A stretch of 64,000 nt of DNA from Rebecca billardiae RCC1528. Lineage: Eukaryota > Protista > Haptophyta. The stretch spans positions 2,976,001-3,040,000 of the forward strand of contig OZ251228.1 of NCBI GenBank assembly GCA_965240325.2. The letters run 5' to 3'. Below the pieces are notes generated by a model. The model saw only the letters and a list, made by a program, of their open reading frames with translations, was not told the origin of the DNA and did no database searches. The position numbers were made by a program, and so were the translations under genes. Positions 54,669 through 64,000 of this stretch are shown in pieces; position 1 is the first letter of the stretch; each line of letters opens with the position of its first letter.

Positions 54669-55713
54669 GGGAGGCGGCGCACGCGAGCGCAGCGGGCGGG
54701 CGCGGCGGCGCGAGCGCGCGCTCGGCGGCGTGAGCGGCCGAGTACTCGCCTCGCACCTTGGCAGATGCCCGCCCGTCCGCCTCCGCGCGCACGGCCGCGA
54801 GCTGGCTCGAGATGGCCTGTCAGAGGGCCGGCGCGTGCGTGAGCGACGGACCGTGCGCGAGGCGTCGGGCTGGCGCGGCGACGGCATGGCACGGCCGATG
54901 AAGCGTGCTGACCCGGCGAACGCCTTCGCACGCTTCTCACGGCGGTGCTGCGCTGGTTGCCGCCTGCCCCGCTGCGTGTCGACGCTGCCGCTGCAGACGA
55001 GGCGGAGCGGCATCAGGTATTGCATGCCCTCAATTCGCGCGGCCGCGAGCGGCACGCCATCACGATTCGCAACTCGTTGGTCGCCCGGCCGCCTTGCCGC
55101 TCGCGAGGCGCGCTCGCCGCTCGTATATCAGCTCGTCATGGCTGATGATGCGATCAGTCTGCGTCGTTATTATAACAGTAGTCGTATACCGGTACGCCTC
55201 CCCGGACCGGGGTCCGGGCCGACTCCGCGAGTCCGCCCCGGAGGCGGAGCGAGTCACCGGCCTCATCACGGCTCGCGGACCGCAAGGCCAGCGGCGTCGG
55301 CACGGGGCCCCCGGTCCCGGCGCGCGGCGGCGCCGGGCCGCCGCCGCATCACGGGCCGGTCCGGCGCCCGGTCCGATCGCGAGCCTGCCGCCATGCCGGG
55401 CAGCCGGGGCCGGTCCCCGGGCCTGAGCGGCAGGCTCGGGCCGGCTGGCGCCGGGCGCCCGAGTCGGCCAGTCTGGGTATATAAGCTCAGACAGTCAGTC
55501 AGCAGAGTTATATTGATTATATATTAGCGCATCATCATCACGGAGCAGCAGTAGGGAGTAGGCGGCCGCGGGCGGCGCCGGTCCTATATTAATAAACTCG
55601 GCGCGGCGGCAGCGTCAGTGATCCGAGTCGTCGCGCGTCCGGTCGAGACGTCAGACGACTAGCAGTACTACTACTCGGACTCGCTCCGCCTGGTCAGTTA
55701 TAGTTCATCATCA

Positions 55714-55764
55714 ATATATATACATATATATATATGTGTGTGTGTGTATATATATACATATATA
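55714..55764. repeat. Compound (TA)n/(TG)n microsatellite
   Basis: atatatatacatatatatatatgtgtgtgtgtgtatatatatacatatata. Confidence 0.9.
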
Positions 55765-56052
55765 ATACGATCCCATCCGAGCATGGCGTGACCCGCCGAC
55801 CCCGCCCGCATAGAGTACAGCAGGCAATCGCGGGCCAATCAAGGAGCTGTCACGTTAGGAAACTGGGGCGCTTGCTATCTGCGGATCTGGCCTAGAAACT
55901 GAGACTAGCGATTGGCTGGTTCGCTATACGCATCTTCACATACTGCTAAGTAACCGGGACTACGTCGTCGCGGCTGACGAGTGGTCCACCGAGGCGCAGT
56001 CGGCGCCCCGCGGTGCGTCAGGGACTCGCGGCGCGCGGCCCGACTACGAGTA

Positions 56053-56662
56053 TGGAGCGCTCGTTGGAACTTGAGCGGGGGTGGAACTTGACACCGCATT
56101 TCCCAGCGAAGTGCCCCATCTCGGCGGGGCTGGCACGGTCGGCACACGCTCCTGAGCGCTCGCTTCGCGGTGCGGCAGGCCTTGGGCAGCCCAGACAGAC
56201 ATGCCGCGACCGAATTACCGGGCCATGCGCGCACCACACCCGCGCTGCATGGCCTGCGCGCTGGACGACTGAGAGGCAACGCCGAACCACTGCATTCCAC
56301 TGCCCCGCATGCACCCCGAGTCACCTTCAGAGGGCGTCGACGAGCGCAGAGCGGGTGCGTGGGAGTTCGACCAACTCGTGTACCTTCTTGCAAGCACCAG
56401 CGGCGAGGTCGCAAGCCGAACCTTGACCAGCCGTGGAACTTGAGCTGGTCGGCAGCAGAACCACCGCGTTTAACCCGGATCAAGTTAGCAGCGTGCGAGG
56501 AGGAGGCGCGGTGCGCGTCCGCGGCTGGCGAGAGGCGTCCGGACCGTGCTGCCGTTCTCGGCCGCGCCCGCGCGCTTCCCGCCGCCGCGGGCCCCGTGTA
56601 CGCCCGTCGTCGCCCTCGCCGCGCGGGCGCCAAACCGGCGTCAAGTTCCAACGAGCGCTCCA
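56053..56662. mobile_element. MITE-like element (610 bp) with 22-bp perfect TIRs and TA flanks
   Basis: TA|TGGAGCGCTCGTTGGAACTTGA ... TCAAGTTCCAACGAGCGCTCCA|TA. Internal tggaacttga copies at ~56082 and ~56434. No credible ORF. Confidence 0.85.
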
Positions 56663-57043
56663 TACAGGCCAAGTCCAGACTTCCCCTGATGACTGACTCC
56701 TGCCACTCCTGGCCAGTGCACCGCATGCAGCATCCATGCAACATCATGCTGCCAGCAGATTTGCTCCATAAAATAATAATGGCCCAATAATATATTGTTT
56801 TCTTCGGCCTCGCCGGCCGGGCCCGTAAAGACTCAGCGGGGGGCTCAGCCCGCCCCCTGCGCCCCCGGCGCCTCGGCGCGGCGGGCGGACCTACTCAGCT
56901 AACATCATGCAGCCGAGCTCACGCTGGCCCGGATCGGCGCGGACAAACAAAAGGACAGCGCATCTGCCACGGGCACGACGGCACGAGGGCGAGGCCACGA
57001 GCAACCACGGAACCACCCGGCAGCGGCTGCGCCCGGGCGGCGC

Positions 57044-60000
57044 CTATGGCAGCGGGCGGCTGAGCGGCGCCAACGCGTCGGCCTGCGGCAGCGGCAGCAG
57101 CACCGGCGTGGTCGCCGTCCTGCTGCCGCCATTGGCATCGCCGCACGGCCGCACCGCGAGGTGCGCCGCGGCCGCGGGGGTGCCGTGCGCGCGTGGCGCC
57201 TTGCCGGCGCTGCCGCCGATGCTCCCGCCGCTGGCGCTGGCGGCGGGCGTGGCGGTGGCGCGCTCGGCGCTTGGCGGGTGCCGCCGTTCGCTGCCGCCCT
57301 GATGGACGGCCCTGCGCGCGCGCGCAGCCGGCCCGCTCGAGTCTGCCGCCCCCTCCGCGTCCGAGTGCGACGCGGACGCGGTGGAGCCGGCGGTGGACGT
57401 GATCGCGCTGAAGCTCAGCCGCGCGACGGGCGGCAGCGAGCGCGTGGACGAGGCGGACTCGGAGGGCGAGGGCTCGGCGCGCGCGCGAGATGCGCGCGCG
57501 TGCGCGGCCGAGACGGCGGCAGGGGCGGCGCCGCCCTGTGCGTCGTGCTGTGCGCCGAGTGGCGGGGGCGAGAAGACGGCGAGCTCGAACACGTCGGGGG
57601 AGCGCAGCAGCTCGGCGCGCTCGCCGTGCGCGTCGGCTGGCGCGCGGCCGGCGGCGGCTGAGGCGGGCGGGGTGGCGGGCAGCTGTGCGCGCAGCGCGGC
57701 CGGCTGCGGCCGCGCCGCGCTGCTGTCGGCGTCGGCGTCGCTGGGCACCGGCGGCGCACTGCCGCCGGTGGCGCCGTCACGCCCGGCCGGAGGTGCGCGG
57801 CGCGGGGAGGAGGGTAGCGGGGAGGAGGGTAGCGGGGAGGAGGGTAGCGGGGAGGAGGGTAGCGGGGAGGAGGGTAGCGGGGAGGAGGGGAGCGGGGAGC
57901 AGGGTAGCGGCACCACGACGGGCGCAGCCAAGCGCGGCGCGCCCGCGCGCTCGGCCTCGGCCGGCGGCGCGTGTGGCGAGGCCGCGCGCGGCGAGTGCGG
58001 GGTGGGCGCGTGTGCGGTGGGCGCGTGGGCGGTGGCGGTCGCGTCTGCGGCCGGCGGCGGCGCGCTGCCAGCGGGCGCAGCGGCCGGGGCAGCGGCCGGC
58101 GCGCGAGCGGGCTCGGCGGCGGCGGGCGCGAGTGCGGGCGCCTCCACGGCCGAGGGCGCGCCCGCGGCGGGCGCGCCCTCGGCGCGCGGCGCGCGCGCGC
58201 GCCGTCGCCACGCGCCCGCCCCCTTGCGCTGCTGCGCGCGCGCGGCCGCCTGCTGCGCCGCCTGCTGCGCCAGCGCCTTGGCCGCGTGCCGCGCGCGCGA
58301 GCGCTCGACGGCGAGGCCGAGCTCGCGCACGGTGGCGAGCGCGCCGAACGCCGCGGCGGCGCTCGCGCTGATCCCGCCCGCGCCGCCGCGCGGCTGCTCC
58401 CCCGGCTGCGCCCCAAAGTAGTCGCACACGCGCCGCAGCTCGCCCTCCAGCATGGCCGCCTCGCCCTCCAGCCACGCCACGCCCGCGGCCGCGCGCGCCT
58501 CGAGCGCGGCGACGCGCATGCGCGTGCGGTCCGCCTTGGAGGGCAGCGGCGAGCGCGCGCGCGGCGCGGCGGCGAGCTCGGCCACCGGCGTGCGCGGGCT
58601 GGCGCAGCCCCACGCCGCCGAGCCCGCCTCGGCCGCGCCCTCGCCGGGCGGCGGCGGCGCGTGCACGCGCGCGGGGGCGCCCACCAGCCGCGCGCGCGCC
58701 CGCGCCACGTCCGCGGCCGCAAGCGCCGCGCCGCGCGAGGACCACGCACCGCGCGGCGAGGCGGCGGCGGGCGCGCCGCCCGGCGCGGGAGCGTCGGCCG
58801 ACTCGCCCCACGCCTCAAAGTCGCAGCAGTCGTCGATGATGGCCCACACCTCGGGCGGGGCGCCGTGCGCGCCCGCGCACGGCGGCAGCCACGTCGCGAC
58901 GCGCGCGCCCGAGGGCACCGCGAGGGCGCCGCCCGCCCACCCGCCCGCGCGCTGCCCCGCGCACCGCCCCGCGCACCGCCCGCCCTCGGCGGCGCGCGGC
59001 GCTGGGTGGGCGGGCGAGCCCGAGCCGCCAAGCCCGGGCGCGTCGCGCGGCGCGAGAGAGGCCTCGAGGATCTCCGCGCCGCTCGGCGGCGGCGCGGGCA
59101 GCGCGATGGGCGGCGGCCGGCAAGCGTCGGCGCGCGCGGCCGCGGGCGCGGCGGCGGGCTGCGCCGAGCCCGCGTCGCCCTCGGCGGCGACGCCGCCACC
59201 GGGCGGGTGCGGCGGCGGGGTGGGCGGCGAGCCCTCCGCTGCCGCCGCCGCGCCCGCCCGCAGCGCGTAGCGAACGACGCACGCCGCGTCGGCGGCGACG
59301 CTGAGCAGCCAGCCGCCGCCGGGCGCGGGCAGCAGCGCCGCGCCGCCGGCGGCAAACGCGGGCGGCGGCGGCGGCGGCGCGCACTCGGCGAGCTCGGCGC
59401 GCACGGCGGCGAGCTCGGCGCGCAGCTGCTCGAGCTGCACGAGCACGGAGGCGAGCGCGTCCGCGCCCTCGTCCGCGCGCGGCAGCGGGGCGAGCTGCTT
59501 GGGCATCGCGCGCAGCACACCCTCGCCGCCCGGCGCCGCGTCCGCCACGTGGCTGAGCGCGAGGTCGAGCAGGGAGGCGCCCGACTCCACGCCCGAGCGC
59601 ACGCGCTCGGCGGCGAGCGCGCCGCTGAGCTCGAAGCCGGCCGCGCCGCCGCGCGCCGAGCCCTCGTTCAGCACGTTGCCCGCGTCGAGCAGCGCGCGCA
59701 GCACGTAGCGCAGCCCCTCGCACCGCAGCGCGTCGCAAGCGGCCTCGCGCAGCGCGCCCAGCGCGGCGCCGGTCGCGCACAGCACGCCCTCGAGGGAGCG
59801 GCGCAGCGCGAGGAGCTGCAGCTTGCGCGCGGCGCGCGGCACGGCGTGCAGCACGCACGCGAAGCGCTCGGCGTCGCGCAGCCGCGCGAGCCCGGCCGCG
59901 CGGTCCTCGGCGCTCGGCTCGGCGCCGCCGTCGGCCGCGCCGCCGGCCGCGGCCGCGGCCGCGCCGAGCCGCTCGGCGCGCGCGGCCGCGGCCGCGCGCG

Positions 60001-60534
60001 CCTCGAGCGCGCTGAGCGCCTTGGCCTCGTCGGCGCTGGCGGGCAGCACGGTGAGGAGCTGCAGCGCGTGGTCGGCCGTGAGCACATCGTCCACGTCGAT
60101 GCTGTCCACCGCCTCCGCCAGCTGCTGCGCCGAGAGGTGGCGCAGCCGCGCGCGCACGATGTTTGCGTTGTTGGCGCGGCGCAGCTCGAGCGCGTGCAGA
60201 GGCGAGGAGGGGGCGCCCGCGCACGCGCCCCCGCCCGCGCGGCGGGTGGCGCCCGCGCCACCGCCCTCGCGCGGCGCGCCGTCCGCGCCCGCGCCCCTGC
60301 CCGCGCGCTGCGTGTTGGCAAAGTGCTGCCGCAGCGCGGCCGCGTGCGGCGCTGGCAGCGGCAGCGGCGGCAGCTGCGCCCACACGCACCGCGCGTCCGC
60401 CGCGCTCTCGGCGCGCAGCTTCTTCCAGTGCAGCGGCTTGAGCGCGGGGGGCGCGGCCGCGGCGGCGCGCGCCTTCAGCGCGCCTGCCGTCGCCACCGCC
60501 ACCACCGCCGCGCCCGCGCCGCCGCCCTTGGCGC

Positions 60535-60567
<33 letters not shown>

Positions 60568-61270
60568 GAGGCGGCGGCGGCGGCGGACCGCCGCTCGCGG
60601 CGGCGGCGGCGGCGGCTTTGGGAGGCAGCGGCGGCGGCGGCGGCGGCGGCGGTGGGGGCGGTGGCGGTGGCGGCGGCGGCGGCGGCGCTGCGGTGCCCGC
60701 AGACGAGCCCGCCCCCGCCGCCCCCGCCGAGCGGTTGGCGCTCGGCGCGCTCGAGGGCGCGGCAACGGCCTCGGCCGCGGGCGCGCTCGCGCTCGCGCCG
60801 ACGGCGCGCCAGTCGATGGGGCTGGTGGCCGTGCTCGTGACGCGCACCCCGCCGGCCGACGTCTCGACCACCAGCCCGCTCGGCCGCCGCGCCTTGCGCG
60901 CCTCGAGCTGCCGGATCCGCTCGTCGATCGGGACGAGCTCGTCGGGCGAGACGACGAACCGACCGCCGGCCGCGCGCGCGTCGACCGGGGTGTACAGGTG
61001 CTGCTGCATCGTGAGCAGGTTGACGTGCGCGGCGCGCAGCCGGCTGTTCACCATCGTGAGCAGCGTCGCGTCGTCGTCCGGCGTGGCGACGAGCGCGGGC
61101 GGCGCGGTCGCGCGCGGCAGCGGCGAGGATCGGAACGGCGGCGCGGGCGTGCGCATCAGCAGCTCGTCGCGCTGCACGGCCGCGTCGAGCGCGGCGTCGC
61201 GGGCGCGCGCCGCGGCGATCATCGCCGCCGCGTGGCGCGCCGTGCGCGCGCGCGACTCCGAGCTGCTCAT
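57044..61270 (-). CDS. Formin (FH1 polyproline + divergent FH2)
   Basis: Two polyproline tracts, then LKPLHWKKL, VWAQL, LELRRANNANI, LLDAGNVLNEGSARGGAAGFEL, SLLD, VCDYFG. Start uncertain (61270 or 61441). Confidence 0.85.
57804..57910. repeat. 15-bp tandem repeat x~7 in the formin tail, (SPLPS)n
   Basis: ggggaggagggtagc units. Confidence 0.9.
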
Positions 61271-61816
61271 CCCGCCGCTCAAACGCGCGCGCGCCGGCGC
61301 GACGACGAGGGCCGCCGAAAGGCGCGCTTGGCTGCCGCTTTTGAATGGAGGCAATCGCGCCACCGAGTGGCGCTCGTGAGCAGGTGCAGCACCGGACAAG
61401 TATTGTACTTCTGTCCGGTCTCGCCACTGTGCCGCTTTCATCAGAGTTCAGCATGGCGCCGGCCATGGACTGGCGACGCATGTGCGCATCGCCATCGAAG
61501 CCTCCTCAGGACGCAAGCGCGTGGGCCGTCGGACGCTTGCCTGCCGGGCTGCCACGCGGAACTTACTTAACACCACCGCCCGCGCCGCGCCACAGCTCGC
61601 GCAGCCCCGGAGCGCCACATCAATTGAACATTGCCGCCGCGTTCACTACCGTCAGCCTTCTGCGCTTGAAAGTTGAACTCAGATGAATCGGCGTCGGCCG
61701 GTCCGGGCGGCCGGCCGCACGGACTGGGGCCAACCGCCGGCAGCAGCCTGCGGCGGCCACGGGCGCGCCGACCTGCACTGGCCGGCGCCGCCACTGGCGG
61801 CCGCGGGCTGCCTCGC

Positions 61817-63440
61817 TCACCCCTCCTGCCCGAACTCCTTTGTGAACTGCGTGTAGCGCTCGAGGTCCTTGGCGGAGACGGTGGGGCGCGCGTTGCGCAG
61901 CACCTTCAAAAAGTCGTTCTGCGCGAAGCAGGCGCAGGGCGCGGCGGCCGGCGGCGGCGGCGGCGCGGCGTGCGGGCTGAGCCGCGGCGCGCGCCTCGGC
62001 AGCCGCGCGCGCGCGCGCGCGCGCGCGCGCACCATCGTGACTTCTGGCGGCAGCAGCTCGTCTGGCTTGACGTCCATCAGCCCCATCTCCACCGCGCCAG
62101 GCGCGCCGGGCGAGCACGGCGTCCACTGCGCGCCCTCGCGCCGGAAGTGCGTGGCGGACTGCAGCGCGCGCACGGGCTCCATCAGCGCGTCGCGCACGGC
62201 GACCGAGATGTCCGAGCCGCTGTACCCCTCGGTGAGCGAGGCCAGCCGCACAAAGTCGGGCGGCGCGAGGCCGTGCGGCGTGTCGCCCACGTGGATCTCA
62301 AACACGCGCGCCCGCGCGTGCTGCTCGGGCAGCGGGATGTAGATGCGCTTCTCGAAGCGGCGGCGGATGCCCGGGTCGAGCGCCCACGGGATGTTGGTCG
62401 CGCCGAGCACGAGCACGCCGTCGTCCGCCGACGTGCCCGCGCCCTGCATGCGCACGAGGAACTCGTTCTTCATCCGGCGCGACGCGTCGGACTCGCCGTC
62501 GCCCCTGCTGCCGCACAGCGCGTCGATCTCGTCGATGAAGATGATCGACGGCCGCGACTCCGCCGCCATCTCGAAGAGGTTGCGCACGAGGCGCTCGCTC
62601 TCGCCCAGCCACTTGGAGACGAGGTCGGAGGACGAGATCGAGAAGAACGTCGAGTCCACCTCGGTCGCCACCGCCTTGGCGAGGTACGACTTGCCCGTGC
62701 CGGGCGGGCCGTACAGCAGGATCCCCTTCCACGGCTTGCGCTTGCCCACAAAGAGCGACGGGAAGCGGATCGGCAGCACCACCGCCTCCTTCAGCGCGTC
62801 CTTCGCCGCCTCGAGCCCGGCCACGTCGTCCCAGCTCACGTTGGGCTTCTCCGACAGGATCGACGAGTCGAGCCCCGCGCGCAGCTTGCTCTTGTCCGCG
62901 TCGGCGCCCGCGTCGCCCTGCCCCTTGCGCGCGGTGCCGGTCGCGCCGCCGCCGCCGCCGCCCGCCGGCTCGGGCCCGCCGCCGCCCTTCTGCCGGCGCA
63001 CGGCCTCCTTGAGCTGCTCGGCGCGGTCCATGTACTCGGCGATCTTCTTGCGAAGCGTCTCCTTCGTCCGCTCGTTCTTCTCGTCTGCGCGCGGCGGCGC
63101 GGCGCCGCGCGGCGCGGCGCGGTGCGCGGCGCGGCGGTCGGCGGCGCGGGCCCGCGCGCCGCCGCGCGCGCGCGACGCGGCGCGCCGCCCACATTTGAGG
63201 CCGGTCACAAAGTACTCGAGGCTGCGCTCGTACAGCTGGTACGCGAGCTCGTAGTTCTTGTCCTGGTCCTCCTTGATCGCCTGCGTCACCAGCTCGATGG
63301 CCTTGGGGATGAAGTTGTTGTCCTGCGGCGCGCCGGCGCCGGGCATGCGCGCCGCCCGTCGCCGTCGGCGCGCGGACGCGCCGCCGCGGCGGCGCCGCTG
63401 GGCGCGACCGAGGCGCGCGCTCGCGCGATCCGCTCACCAT
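61817..63440 (-). CDS. VPS4: Vps4 AAA+ ATPase (ESCRT); introns 63323-63437, 63085-63192, 61919-62032
   Basis: MIT domain ([24 protein letters not shown]), [43 protein letters not shown]-terminal FTKEFGQEG. Confidence 0.97.
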
Positions 63441-63698
63441 GGCGCCTCGGGCGGCGTGCGCGCCGGCGTCCAGCTAGCAGCGCGCGGCGCCGCAGCGCAT
63501 CCGCGCGAGGCCGTCAAGCCCTTCACGCCCGCTTGCTCCCACCGCAGCAGCAGCTCCGCTGCACACCTGCTCAGCGGAAGGCTGGAGGGGAAATGGCGGC
63601 TGCCGTTTGCCCGCTGCTCGCGAGCTTTCGCCCGAAGTCGTCAGTCCTCTCATCAAGCACAGGCCTCCTCGCTCGGCCGGCCTCATCAGCTCGGCGCC

Positions 63699-64000
63699 AT
63701 GGGCGCGGCGAAGCTCGCGGACCACAGCGCGAAGGCGGCAGCGCTCTTCTCCAACATGCGCGTGCCCGCCGCGTTCCTCGCGGGCGCGGTGATCCCGCTG
63801 GCCTTCGCCATCCCGCTCCCGAAGACCGATCGGCCCGAGCGCGACCGGCTGTACTACCTCACCAACCTCACGCTCGGCGTGCTCGCGTTCGCCTCCGAGC
63901 TGCTGGCGGTGGTGTACACGACGGTGGCGTGCAACAAGCTGACGGAGACGGTCTCCGCCCCGTCGAGCACCGTCTTCGCCCTGCTCGGCCGCGACCACGA
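63699..64000 (+). CDS. Membrane protein of unknown function, 3'-partial
   Basis: Open frame MGAAKLADHSAKAAALFSNMRVPAAFLAGA...LGVLAFASELLAVVYTTVACNKL with two hydrophobic segments, running off the window. Confidence 0.65.
   Translation, partial: MGAAKLADHSAKAAALFSNMRVPAAFLAGAVIPLAFAIPLPKTDRPERDRLYYLTNLTLGVLAFASELLAVVYTTVACNKLTETVSAPSSTVFALLGRDH

Overview
Very GC-rich eukaryotic nuclear DNA with short (GC)n-rich GT-AG introns and AT-rich islands between genes. The style suggests a haptophyte alga, probably Pavlovales/Diacronema-like (inference). Genes, in order: a 5'-partial L-type lectin; an intronless 8-TM microbial-rhodopsin + histidine kinase + receiver + Hpt-like fusion; a secreted glycosyltransferase-like protein; two recently duplicated TBL/PC-esterase O-acyltransferases; an M43 metalloprotease; a ~23-kb gene for a ~7,500-aa RCC1 / extensin-repeat / IPT / PKD-REJ / EGF / GPS / TM / EF-hand polycystin-like surface protein containing an 11-kb coding minisatellite; a signal-peptide-bearing XRN-type exoribonuclease; a CAMK-group kinase; glutathione synthetase; SAR1; a divergent formin; VPS4; and a 3'-partial membrane protein. 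Mobile DNA: a nested patch at 7.7-11.1 kb (candidate TIR element, TA-flanked MITE, short retro-fragment); an intact CRE-like RT+RLE non-LTR retrotransposon that sits in a (TA)n tract and shares its 3' terminus with the short fragment; and a second MITE at 56 kb. The strongest candidates for undescribed biology are the rhodopsin phosphorelay protein, the giant stalked polycystin-like receptor, and the apparently (TA)n-targeting retroelement family with a GHDD RT motif. Most long ORFs in the supplied track are GC/repeat shadow frames. All motifs and coordinates were read by eye; no searches were run.
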